Origin: Promethearchaeia archaeon
GTDB lineage: Archaea; Asgardarchaeota; Lokiarchaeia; Sigyniarchaeales; SOKP01
Reading direction: 5' to 3'
DNA length: 64,000 nucleotides
NCBI GenBank assembly: GCA_029856045.1
Contig: JAHQWG010000016.1
Location: forward strand, 384,001-448,000
Made by a program: the position numbers and the translations under genes. Every line of letters starts with the position of its first letter. Position 1 is the first letter of the stretch. Positions 30,640 through 40,393 of the stretch are shown piece by piece. The notes beneath the pieces are model-generated. The model did no database searches and had not been told where the DNA came from. It was given only the letters and a program-made list of their open reading frames with translations.

Positions 30640-30703
30640 TATATTTTCTTAAGGTGCGAAGTAAAAGTTAAAAAATAAAATAAGAAAAAATATATTTAAT
30701 AAA

Positions 30704-31549
30704 TTATAGATGGTTATTCAACCATTCTTCCATATCCTTAAAAACTTTATGCCGCTCTTTCTCATTCCACAATTCGTGTAAAAATCCCTCATATGAAATG
30801 AATTTTTTGTCCTCAATTTCTAATTTCTCGTAAAATTCTTTTGTCTTTTCAAGATCGACGATTTTATCGTTGCCAGCTTGCATTATTAAACAAGGAACTT
30901 TCAATTTATTAACATTTTTAAGTGGATATTTCATACCTTTTTCCATTACGCCATAAGTTGTTGTCGTAATCGCAACCAACTTCTCCTGATCTTCAATATG
31001 CTCTTTCAAAATCTCTGGATCATTGGTTAAATCTTCCTGCACTAACTCAATAGCTACTTGTGCTTTTGGAGCAATTTTCACTAATAGTGGGAAAATGGCT
31101 TTAGCAATTTTTTGAGTAAGATTCAATTTTAATGCTAACCCTAGTTCTGGAGATGATACCAAAACTCCAGGAAGTTCAGGATGCTCTATCGCATATATTA
31201 AAGATAATGCTCCTCCAAATGAATGCCCTATTAAAAAAACTTTTTTTTCTCCTGCCTCTTTCTTAATCAAATCAAAAAAGATTTGAATATCTTGCTGGAT
31301 ATGGTTTAAAGATTTTATATGTCCTTTCAGATCTCCTGCATTTCTCCAATGTCCCCTTAAATCAAATGAATATACTGCAAAACCTTTTTCGATGAAATAT
31401 TTAGCAGGTACAGCTATTCTATCTGAATGTGTACCCCATCCATGCATTGCTATTAAATATGCCTTAATCTCTCCAGAATCGGGTAACCAATATTGATAAA
31501 ACATCTTCCGTTGTTCAAATCCTTCAAAATAACCTGTTTCATTTTTCAT
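30704..31549 (-). CDS. Lysophospholipase/monoacylglycerol lipase
   Basis: MHGWG, DLRGH, GHSFGG, HELWNE. Confidence 0.9.
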   Translation of the reverse strand: MKNETGYFEGFEQRKMFYQYWLPDSGEIKAYLIAMHGWGTHSDRIAVPAKYFIEKGFAVYSFDLRGHWRNAGDLKGHIKSLNHIQQDIQIFFDLIKKEAGEKKVFLIGHSFGGALSLIYAIEHPELPGVLVSSPELGLALKLNLTQKIAKAIFPLLVKIAPKAQVAIELVQEDLTNDPEILKEHIEDQEKLVAITTTTYGVMEKGMKYPLKNVNKLKVPCLIMQAGNDKIVDLEKTKEFYEKLEIEDKKFISYEGFLHELWNEKERHKVFKDMEEWLNNHL

Positions 31550-31708
31550 AACAAATCACAATTAATTGGTAATTTTATAATATTAGATATCTTTAATTTA
31601 ATTTTATTTATTATTATCAGTAAATTTTTAATTTATTTTTTTATTATTCTTAAAGAAATTACATTAAATTATTAAATTTCTTAATATAAAAAAGAGTACC
31701 AGAAAGAA

Positions 31709-32305
31709 ATGTCGGATGTAGAAGAAATAACCGAAATTGCTATCTTCGGTAGAGGAGGCCAAGGTTGCGTATTAGCCTCCCAAATTATTGTAGAAGCAGC
31801 CTATTTAAGCGGAAACTATAAAGATGTTGTTGCATTTCCATCATTTGGAGCTGAACGCAGAGGAGCTCCAGTTCAGGCATTTGCTCGTATCTCAAAAAAT
31901 AAAAAAATTTGGACTCGAGCACAAATTCAACGTCCAGATATTGCCATTGTTTTAGATGAGACGGTCATAACTCCGGATATTATTAAAAATATTAAAGAAA
32001 ATGGAATATTAATAATTAATTCTGAAAAAACACCCGAAGAATTAAAGAATTATTATAATATCACTAATAACATAAAAATTGCATCTGCAAATATCAATAA
32101 ATTTTGTATTGAAAGAGATCTGTATTTAGAAGACATTCCCATTGTTAATACTCCCATTTTAGGGGTTTTAACAAAGGCTTTAGATTCAATTGATTTGGAA
32201 TCCATGATAAAAGCTATAATAAAAGTAATGGGGATAAAAAAGGGAGAATTTAACAGTTCTCTTGCTGAAGAGGCAGCAAAACTTACTATGCTCCTCAATT
32301 TTTAA
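31709..32305 (+). CDS. porC: Pyruvate/2-oxoacid:ferredoxin oxidoreductase gamma subunit
   Basis: GRGGQG and FGAERRGAP. Confidence 0.9.
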   Translation: MSDVEEITEIAIFGRGGQGCVLASQIIVEAAYLSGNYKDVVAFPSFGAERRGAPVQAFARISKNKKIWTRAQIQRPDIAIVLDETVITPDIIKNIKENGILIINSEKTPEELKNYYNITNNIKIASANINKFCIERDLYLEDIPIVNTPILGVLTKALDSIDLESMIKAIIKVMGIKKGEFNSSLAEEAAKLTMLLNF

Positions 32306-32393
32306 AATAAATCATTAATATTGGCTATAATTTAAGTTAATATTCCAATTATTAAAAAAAAATCGTAAAATAAAAAGATAAAAAGGGAATAAC

Positions 32394-32690
32394 ATGGTTG
32401 AAAAAAAAGATTATGAAATAATTTTAGCTTCAGTTCAGAAACCAGTTGTGGGAGAAGCTGGTAAAACAGGTTCTTGGAGTAGATTCAAGCCAAAAATCGA
32501 TCTTGAAAAATGTCTTGTTGTGAAAATGAATAAAGATGTTTGTCATTTTTGTTGGCTGTATTGTCCCGAGCCTATTATAAGCAGAACGATCCCTCCAAAA
32601 ATCAATTATGAGTATTGTAAAGGTTGCGGGATTTGTGCAGAAGTTTGCCCGCCTAAAGCAATAAAAATGGTGGAGGAGAGTGAATTGTGA
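32394..32690 (+). CDS. porD: 2-oxoacid:ferredoxin oxidoreductase delta subunit
   Basis: KTGSW, CHFCWLYCP, CKGCGICAEVCP. Confidence 0.9.
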   Translation: MVEKKDYEIILASVQKPVVGEAGKTGSWSRFKPKIDLEKCLVVKMNKDVCHFCWLYCPEPIISRTIPPKINYEYCKGCGICAEVCPPKAIKMVEESEL

Positions 32691-33943
32691 CAAGCGTGGA
32701 AGAATATCAAATTATGACCGGAAATCATGCAGCAGCTAATGCATGTAAAGGTGCTAGAGTTCAAGTTGTAGCAGCATATCCCATCACACCGCAGAGTCCA
32801 GTCGTTGAAAAAATTTCATTTTTTATAGAAAATGGGGAGTTAAATGCGCGTATGGTTAGAGTAGAATCAGAACAATCTGCTCTCACCGCATGTGTGGCGG
32901 CATCTGCCACAGGTGTTCGAGTGTATACTGCAACATCTTCTCACGGATTATTATTAATGTATGAGATTTTATGTTGGGCGGCAGGAAATCGCTTACCTAT
33001 TGTTATGAATATTGCTATGAGATCTGTTGGAGCACCATGGTCTGTATGGACTGATCACCAAGATGCATTCACAGTTAGAGATACTGGATGGATACAAATG
33101 TTTTGTGAAGATAATCAAGAAATTTATGATACTAACCTGCAAGCATATAGAATTGCAGAAGATCCCAGTGTTTATGTCCCAACTTTTGTAAATTATGATG
33201 GATATATATTATCCCATACTTCTATGTTAGTTAAATTGGAACCCCAAAAAAAAATTGATGAATTTTTACCCCCATTGAAGCATCATCTTAACTTAGGAGA
33301 TATGAATATTGTAAAGGGGGTTTGTCCTGTTACAACTCCACATATCGTTAAAAGAGAGGAGGGAACTGCACCTGGGTATTATGAATTTCGATATTCACTT
33401 CAACGCTCTATAGAACATTCTATAAATAAAGTTAAAGAAGTTCATGATTTATTTGCAGAAAAATTCGGTCGTTCCTACGGAAATGGAATTTATAAAACAT
33501 ATAGAGCAGAAGATGCCGAGATGTATATTTTTGCAGTTGGTTCTGTTGCTTCAGAATCACGTTTAGTTATCGATAAATTGAGAGAAAAAGGCATAAAAAT
33601 TGGACTTATAAGTTTAAAATTATTCAGACCTTTTCCCACTAAATATCTTCGAGAACTTTTTAAAGATGCAAAACTAATAGTAGTGTTCGATAGAGATATC
33701 GGTTATGGTTATGAAGGAATTCTCTGTTATGAATTGAAGAGTGCATTGTACCAATCGAAAAACAGACCATTTATAAAAGGATACATTGTAGGACTAGGCG
33801 GTAGAGATATAATTACTAGTGATCTAATCGAGGGAGTTTATAGAGCGATTAATTTGGGGAAAAAAAATGAATATTCTGAACAAACGGAATTTATTGGATT
33901 AAAGCTTGATGAATTAGATTTCTTACAAAAGGAGGTAAAATAA
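32687..33943 (+). CDS. porA: 2-oxoacid:ferredoxin oxidoreductase alpha subunit
   Basis: AYPITPQS, VESE, TATSSHG, GLGGRD. Confidence 0.93.
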   Translation: MTSVEEYQIMTGNHAAANACKGARVQVVAAYPITPQSPVVEKISFFIENGELNARMVRVESEQSALTACVAASATGVRVYTATSSHGLLLMYEILCWAAGNRLPIVMNIAMRSVGAPWSVWTDHQDAFTVRDTGWIQMFCEDNQEIYDTNLQAYRIAEDPSVYVPTFVNYDGYILSHTSMLVKLEPQKKIDEFLPPLKHHLNLGDMNIVKGVCPVTTPHIVKREEGTAPGYYEFRYSLQRSIEHSINKVKEVHDLFAEKFGRSYGNGIYKTYRAEDAEMYIFAVGSVASESRLVIDKLREKGIKIGLISLKLFRPFPTKYLRELFKDAKLIVVFDRDIGYGYEGILCYELKSALYQSKNRPFIKGYIVGLGGRDIITSDLIEGVYRAINLGKKNEYSEQTEFIGLKLDELDFLQKEVK

Positions 33944-33946
33944 AAA

Positions 33947-34870
33947 ATGGCTGATAAAGTTAAATTATACGACATTCCTGAAGAAGAATTTTTACTGCCT
34001 GGTAATCGTATGTGTTCTGGTTGTGGATTATCACTTATTTATCGCACAGCTTTAAAAGCTCTAGGTCCCAATACAATTATTACAGTTCCTGCCTCATGTC
34101 TTACGGTGTTGCATGGGATGCAAGGATTTACAAGTGTTGATAAAATATCAGTGCTTAATACACCCTTCGCTACTGTAGCAGCAAGCGCAAGTGGAATCGA
34201 GGCAGCCTTGGAAGCTATGGGAAAAGATGATAAGGTTACTTGTGTTGCATTCGCGGGTGATGGAGGGACTACGGATATTGGAATTCAAGGTTTAAGCGGA
34301 GCAGCTGAAAGAAAAACTAATTTTATTTATGCTTGCTATGATAATGAAGCTTATATGAATACTGGTGTTCAGCGTTCTGGATCAACTCCTTATGGTTCAA
34401 TTACTACAACAACTCCAATATATGGAAAAACAGAACATAAAAAAAATATGCCAAAAATTTTAGAAGCCCATGATATTCCTTATGTTGCAACTTCTTGCGC
34501 AGCTTATCCATTAGATATTTATGCAAAATTTAAAAGAGCTAAGGAAATTAAGGGAACAAAATATATCCATATTTTATCTCCTTGCCCACCAGGTTGGGGT
34601 TTTTCCACAAAAGATACGATTAAAATAGGAAAATTAGCTGTTGAAACGGGATTTTGGCCATTATATGAGATTGAAAATGGAAAGTTCTTATTATCTAATC
34701 CAAGTAAAAGACTTTTAGATCCAGCAAAGAGAAAACCAATTGAACTGTATTTATCCGTTCAAAAGAGATTTAAAAGATTAAGCAATGAACAAATAGAAGA
34801 ATATAAACGATATATTAATCAATCATGGGAATATATTAAAAGTAAAAATATAACTACACAATTTCTTTAA
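33947..34870 (+). CDS. porB: 2-oxoacid:ferredoxin oxidoreductase beta subunit
   Basis: CSGCG and GDGG...DNEAYMNTG TPP-binding motif. Confidence 0.93.
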   Translation: MADKVKLYDIPEEEFLLPGNRMCSGCGLSLIYRTALKALGPNTIITVPASCLTVLHGMQGFTSVDKISVLNTPFATVAASASGIEAALEAMGKDDKVTCVAFAGDGGTTDIGIQGLSGAAERKTNFIYACYDNEAYMNTGVQRSGSTPYGSITTTTPIYGKTEHKKNMPKILEAHDIPYVATSCAAYPLDIYAKFKRAKEIKGTKYIHILSPCPPGWGFSTKDTIKIGKLAVETGFWPLYEIENGKFLLSNPSKRLLDPAKRKPIELYLSVQKRFKRLSNEQIEEYKRYINQSWEYIKSKNITTQFL

Positions 34871-34907
34871 AATTTTAATTATAACAATTTAATTACAAAT
34901 CCTATAC

Positions 34908-35684
34908 ATGAAAATATTCATTTTTGATGAAAATTTAGAAAATTGGATTGAAGAAGAAACCACCCTTTTACTTCATGATCTTGCAATATTTTTAGACGAG
35001 AAGAATAAAATTGTGTATTTATGGCAAGGTCCAAAATCAAAGAAGAAAAAGAAGGAGTTTGGTCTTAAATCACTATCATTAATACAAGAGAAGTATCAAA
35101 ATTTTAAACTTGAAATTTTAAAAGATACTATTCCACCAGAAATTCAAAAGCAATTAATGAACTTATTGAAAAAATATGGTAAAAAAGAGAAAATAATCTT
35201 AAAGAGAACCATTTATTTAAAACTTTATCTGATACTAGGACTAATTGGGACTATTCTCTCATTTATATATTATCTTAACCTATTATCGTCATTATTATGG
35301 GTTCAAACAAATGGAAGCTTACAAATTAATGCACAAATATATGATAGGTGGATTTTAACTTCTCAAATTTTAATTATCATTTTTCTCCTTTTTTCTATTG
35401 GAAATCAAGTTCTATCCTTGATAATAAACCGCCTTATATTAATTATAATAGCAGCAATTGGAGTTATAATGTCCATAGGCTTTCTAATATATATCTCCCA
35501 AGGAATATTTCTTTTCTTATTTCAATCTGGCTCGACTACAACAATCTATTTAATTTCCCAAAATGATTTAAGAATATTTTTATTAATAAATTTTATTGGA
35601 ATTATAATTTTTGTATGCCCTACTATATACTCCATTTTCTGGATATATAAATATTCTAAATTGAGAGAAAATAAAAAATTATAA
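34908..35684 (+). CDS. Gelsolin-like domain fused to four TM helices
   Basis: LLLHDLAIFLDEKNKIVYLWQGPKS resembles the gelsolin core, as in FIADLGDKMYIWQGASS of the gene at 57990; followed by four hydrophobic segments. Confidence 0.65.
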   Translation: MKIFIFDENLENWIEEETTLLLHDLAIFLDEKNKIVYLWQGPKSKKKKKEFGLKSLSLIQEKYQNFKLEILKDTIPPEIQKQLMNLLKKYGKKEKIILKRTIYLKLYLILGLIGTILSFIYYLNLLSSLLWVQTNGSLQINAQIYDRWILTSQILIIIFLLFSIGNQVLSLIINRLILIIIAAIGVIMSIGFLIYISQGIFLFLFQSGSTTTIYLISQNDLRIFLLINFIGIIIFVCPTIYSIFWIYKYSKLRENKKL

Positions 35685-35909
35685 CATTTATTAATAGCCA
35701 TATTACTTCTCAATTCAAGATTTCTGAATCTTAAACTGTTTAATTTCAATTTATTATTCGAGGTACTTATAATAATTCAATTATAATTCCATTTTACCAT
35801 TTCCATATTTCTTATAATGTGATTTCTTGAATTCAAGAATAGGTTTATAAATACTAAATTATTTTGAATTATCAAATAATTTGAAAACTAACGGCCCTAA
35901 ATTTAGATA

Positions 35910-36182
35910 TTAAATACTTTTACCACATTTAGGGCAGAATTTTTCATTTTTTTTGACAAGTATTTTACATCTTGGGCAAATTATATATTTTTGACGATTT
36001 TCCTGAATTATTTGCTTAATATCTTCTCTAAGAAAAATTACAGTAATAATAAATGCAATTAGAACTATAAAAACAAACAATAATATTGAGTCAAATGTAA
36101 AAAAGGGTAAAAGAGAAAATGCTGAAATAATTACAATACACCAACACGTAAATATACATCTATTACCTTGAATACTTACCAT
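35910..36182 (-). CDS. Small 2-TM protein with C-terminal Zn ribbon
   Basis: Hydrophobic N-half; CPRC...CPKCG. Confidence 0.7.
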   Translation of the reverse strand: MVSIQGNRCIFTCWCIVIISAFSLLPFFTFDSILLFVFIVLIAFIITVIFLREDIKQIIQENRQKYIICPRCKILVKKNEKFCPKCGKSI

Positions 36183-36205
36183 TTATATTCCTTCTGAATA
36201 TTATA

Positions 36206-36796
36206 TTAATCAGATGATGCATCTTTAATTACTTTTAAATTTTTTCCACAAACGCTACAGAAACCTGTATATGTCTTTTGTTTTGCCCCACAGTTTGGAC
36301 ATATTTCTAAACTTTTCTTTTGGGTTTCTTCAAAAATAGCTTCTTTGGATTTTATAATATTAATTTTAAATGGATTTTTTTGATTTAATGGATCTTTAAT
36401 AACGATTATTCCAGTTTCTTGTATCTCTATATATTTATCTAAATTCTCCGGGTGATTTTCAATATTTAAATAATATTTAAGCCTAATACTTCCGCTAATT
36501 AAAAAAATAATGATTATAGAAACTGATATTAAGTAATTTATTAGAATTGTCGCTATAAATGTAATTAATGTTATTATAAAAATACAAAAAAAAAAAATTG
36601 TACTTATTCGATATTTGTTTGAAATGCTTAAAAATTCATTGTATTTTTTAATACAGGATTCACAAACAGAAAAATTAATTTGATAAGATTGAATATTTTC
36701 TTTACCTAAATTTTTCATAATCGATATTTCTATTAAATTGACATTTGATTTTTTACACCTATAGCACTTATTTAATAATTCTGGTATATTTATCAT
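36206..36796 (-). CDS. 2-TM protein with N- and C-terminal Zn ribbons
   Basis: CYRC/CESC, TM hairpin, CPNCG/CSVCG. Confidence 0.72.
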   Translation of the reverse strand: MINIPELLNKCYRCKKSNVNLIEISIMKNLGKENIQSYQINFSVCESCIKKYNEFLSISNKYRISTIFFFCIFIITLITFIATILINYLISVSIIIIFLISGSIRLKYYLNIENHPENLDKYIEIQETGIIVIKDPLNQKNPFKINIIKSKEAIFEETQKKSLEICPNCGAKQKTYTGFCSVCGKNLKVIKDASSD

Positions 36797-36838
36797 TTTA
36801 TTGTTTCACTTAAAATATAACTAATAAAAATGCAAACA

Positions 36839-37255
36839 TTATACTTTTTTTCTCTCGTTTTTTTGAGACCTTAACCAAAGTTGTTTACAGTAACTACCAA
36901 ATTTATTTGCACGTTGTTTTAAAGAATTTTTTGATTCAAAATTTGAATTTCTAATAACTTTAAACTCCAACGCATTAATGTACGATGCACCAAATTTAAA
37001 TACACATTTATTGAAAGATTTTAATTTTATTTCATGAACTGTATTCCACGGATTAAAAGTTAATCCTATTTTTCTTTTTGTAGGAAGAGTCATCGCAAAT
37101 CCTGATTTTGTAATTATAATATGAGATTTCCATTTTTGGGTTCCGCACCATACAATTCTGGTTACTTTGCTTAATGTACTGTATAATATATCATCTTCTT
37201 CTGGAATAACTTCAGAAAGATTGCTATAATCTATTGGTACATAAATTTCTGCCAT
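36839..37255 (-). CDS. Hypothetical protein (possibly PH-like fold)
   Basis: Clean 138-aa ORF with a beta-rich pattern and terminal helix; fold is a guess. Confidence 0.6.
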   Translation of the reverse strand: MAEIYVPIDYSNLSEVIPEEDDILYSTLSKVTRIVWCGTQKWKSHIIITKSGFAMTLPTKRKIGLTFNPWNTVHEIKLKSFNKCVFKFGASYINALEFKVIRNSNFESKNSLKQRANKFGSYCKQLWLRSQKNERKKV

Positions 37256-37661
37256 TTTTATTTTTCACTTTATATTACACTGACATTTTAAATTCTAAAT
37301 AAAAATTATAGAATTAATAGATAAACGCTTGATTGTAAAAATTAATTTTTTTTTTGTTAACTAATTTTAAGTTAAAACTATTTAAACATTACGCTATGAT
37401 TATAATAATTAAGAAAATAGAAATAACTTTAGATACTGGGAAAAGAAACGCAAATTTCATATATTTAAAGAGAAAATATTTATTTTTTTAATAAATATGT
37501 AATCTTTAATTTCTAAATCTTATAAGAAGCATAATTTATTGCAATTTTTAATGATAAAAATCTCTTAAATAAATAATTGTCCACAACTTAACAATAAATT
37601 GTTTTATAAGTATTATTTTAATTGATTATATTATCTAACATAATTAAAGAGAAACTAAGGT

Positions 37662-38534
37662 TTGGAAGTAGCTAAAATTATAAAATCAATGGAAAAGGAA
37701 GATTTCCGCGTATTAAGAGCGATTGAACGGGGTATGAGAAGAGCTGCCTCCGTAAAAATGAGTGATATCTGTTTTTTTTCTAAATTGAAAATGGAGGAAG
37801 TTTTATTCCGTCTCAATAAAGTTCATAAAAATAATTTAATAATTCGTGATTCGACAGGTGAGATCAGTTATAAATTAAATTCAATTGGGTATGATATGCT
37901 TGCTTTTCATATTTTAGTTGGACAAGGAATAATCTCTCAACTCGGGGTAGAGATTGGGAAAGGAAAAGAAGCAGATGTATATAAGTGCATAAACGATGAT
38001 AATGAAGAAATGACTATGAAAATTTTTAGAATAGGTCGGACAAGTTTCCGAAAAGTAAAACAATTGAGAATATTTGTCGGTGAAAGACGCCATTTTTCCT
38101 GGCTTTACATTAATCGACTTGCTGCTATGCGAGAATATGAAGCCCTTTCAAAAATAGCTCCATTAGGACTTAATATTCCAAAACCGATTGGTATCAATCG
38201 TCATATTATAATAATGGAATTTATTGAAGGAACAGAACTTAATAATCTCATCGATATAGAAGATCCGGTATTTATTTTTGAAGATATAATTAATCAAATA
38301 AGTATTATTTATAAAAATGCGGGTATAATTCATGGAGATCTCGGAGAATTTAATGTCTTAATAAATTCTGAAGGCGATATTTTAATAATAGATTGGCCAC
38401 AGTGGGTCCCCAAGAGCCATCCTAATGGATTATCAATTTTAAAAAGGGATATTGAAAATATATGTTCATTTTTTAAAAAGAGATTTAATGTAGAGAGTAA
38501 TGCTGAAGAAATTTTAAAATCGATTATCTCTTAA
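37662..38534 (+). CDS. rio2: RIO2 Ser/Thr kinase
   Basis: N-terminal wHTH, GKGKEADVY, RIGRTSFR, HGDLGEFN, IDWPQ. Confidence 0.95.
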   Translation: MEVAKIIKSMEKEDFRVLRAIERGMRRAASVKMSDICFFSKLKMEEVLFRLNKVHKNNLIIRDSTGEISYKLNSIGYDMLAFHILVGQGIISQLGVEIGKGKEADVYKCINDDNEEMTMKIFRIGRTSFRKVKQLRIFVGERRHFSWLYINRLAAMREYEALSKIAPLGLNIPKPIGINRHIIIMEFIEGTELNNLIDIEDPVFIFEDIINQISIIYKNAGIIHGDLGEFNVLINSEGDILIIDWPQWVPKSHPNGLSILKRDIENICSFFKKRFNVESNAEEILKSIIS

Positions 38535-39086
38535 AATAATCCAATCTTCGCATTTATTATCATGAATATAATTTAAATCCTGAAAATGTGATTGAAATAA
38601 TTTTTTAACTTCATTTAAACTGAAGTTTTTTTTTAAAATCGTAATGGCTAATAATCCGTTACTTTTAAAAACCCGAATCAACTCTTCAATACCTTTATTA
38701 ATATTAGCTAGATTTTGAAATGTGGTAATCGAAATAAAACCTGTAAAAAGATTCCTTTTAAATGGAAGATTTTCAATATCTCCTAAGATTAAACAAGATT
38801 TTTTTTGTTTTTCTTTTGCACTCTTTAGCATATTAAAAGATATGTCTAAACCAATTAATCTAATATTTCTTGTAATCTTTTCTTTATTGAGGTAATCTAA
38901 AAATAAATTTGTTCCACAACCTGCATCTAGATAAATTCCGCTTTTGAAAACAAGATTTTCAATTAATAGCTTGAATTTATAATTTTGAATTATTTTATAT
39001 CGGTTATCATAAATTTTGGCAGAAGAATTATAATCCTCAATAATCTTTTTCTTCTTATCCAATTTTTTTGCTTTCAAAATTCTCAT
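38514..39086 (-). CDS. Class I SAM-dependent methyltransferase
   Basis: LDAGCGT, GLDIS, GDIENLPF. Confidence 0.88.
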   Translation of the reverse strand: MRILKAKKLDKKKKIIEDYNSSAKIYDNRYKIIQNYKFKLLIENLVFKSGIYLDAGCGTNLFLDYLNKEKITRNIRLIGLDISFNMLKSAKEKQKKSCLILGDIENLPFKRNLFTGFISITTFQNLANINKGIEELIRVFKSNGLLAITILKKNFSLNEVKKLFQSHFQDLNYIHDNKCEDWIILRDNRF

Positions 39087-39212
39087 TCTAATTGAAATTT
39101 ATAACGTAAAAAAACTAAAAAGATTTTAATTTAAGAGTATTTTTTAAAAGTATATAATTATATTTAATATTGTTTTTAATCAAAGAGAAAAATTATCAGG
39201 TAAATTAATAAA

Positions 39213-39449
39213 ATGGAACGAGACCCACTCAAAATTCTAGAAAAGGCAGTAAATTCCGTTATTCTACTAAGATTAAAAGACGGAACGGAATACCGAGGTA
39301 AAATGAAAGAAATTGACTCTTATATGAATATGATAATAGAAGATGCCACAGAATTTATGGATGGAACAGCTGTAGCCAAATATTCTGAGATCTTCATAAG
39401 AGGTAATAATCTATTGTTCATTAAACCAGATGCGTCTGAAATATTATAG
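39213..39449 (+). CDS. Sm-like (Lsm/SmAP) RNA-binding protein
   Basis: Sm1 LKDGTEYRG...DSYMN and Sm2 IRGNN. Confidence 0.95.
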   Translation: MERDPLKILEKAVNSVILLRLKDGTEYRGKMKEIDSYMNMIIEDATEFMDGTAVAKYSEIFIRGNNLLFIKPDASEIL

Positions 39450-39531
39450 ATTTAAATAATTTCTCTAAAAATTTTAACTCATTTTTAATTAAATTTGGAA
39501 AATTTTAAAGTTTACTCTTATTTGGAACAAT

Positions 39532-39975
39532 ATGAAAAACAATTCACACTCTCAACCGTTGACTACTTTAGTAGCATATGGAACATTTATCACTAATAAT
39601 CTATGGAAAAATTATAAAAATGTTGAAGTATGTTTAATCAAAAATTATCGAAGAATATTACCCCCAGGGAATTGGTTTCCATACGTTTTGCCAGATAAAA
39701 ATGCAAAATTTTGGGGTTTGAAATTTGATGTTAATTTTGATCAATTAATTCAACTCGACACTTTTGAAGGAGTAAAATTAGGACTTTATTCTCGAATTGC
39801 AACTAAGGTTTTTCTTAAAAATGATATAGAAATAAGCGCAGATATTTATGTTCCAACAGAAAAAACAATTAAGCAGTATAATATAATATTAGATATTGAT
39901 GCAGAAGATAGATGGAAAAATGAGATAAAGAAATACCCAGAACTAATTGAAAAATTCCCAGAATTAATTCTTTAA
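39532..39975 (+). CDS. Gamma-glutamylcyclotransferase-family protein
   Basis: VAYGT and LDTFEG...YSR motifs. Confidence 0.8.
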   Translation: MKNNSHSQPLTTLVAYGTFITNNLWKNYKNVEVCLIKNYRRILPPGNWFPYVLPDKNAKFWGLKFDVNFDQLIQLDTFEGVKLGLYSRIATKVFLKNDIEISADIYVPTEKTIKQYNIILDIDAEDRWKNEIKKYPELIEKFPELIL

Positions 39976-39987
39976 TTTCTCATAAAA

Positions 39988-40347
39988 TTAATTTTGAATT
40001 ATTTGTATATTTTCTAATGGCACCCAACCACTTTTACCTCTCTTGTTGGTAACCCAAACCCAACCGCTTACTTCATATCTTATTATTAATTCTTCTCCAA
40101 TCTTTACGGTAAGTTCAGTTGCATTATAATTTCTGAGAGCCTTACATTTTTTATCATTTAACTTCTCAATATATTTTTCTGGAACCCATCCTCCTTTACC
40201 AAATTGGTTAATACACCATTGCCATTCTTTCCACTCGGTTTCTTTCACACCAATTGTTAAAATCTCACCTTTAACAATTATTAATGGATCAGAAAAAGCA
40301 GATTTATAATCTGATATTACTTGGCATTTAATTGCTTTCATTTTCAA
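39988..40347 (-). CDS. Tandem SH3-domain protein
   Basis: Two repeats ending GWVP; ALRNYNATELTVKIGE is SH3-like. Confidence 0.85.
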   Translation of the reverse strand: MKMKAIKCQVISDYKSAFSDPLIIVKGEILTIGVKETEWKEWQWCINQFGKGGWVPEKYIEKLNDKKCKALRNYNATELTVKIGEELIIRYEVSGWVWVTNKRGKSGWVPLENIQIIQN

Positions 40348-40393
40348 ATTAACCTAATTAATTAAGTTTGATTAAGGAATTTTATAAAAAAAA

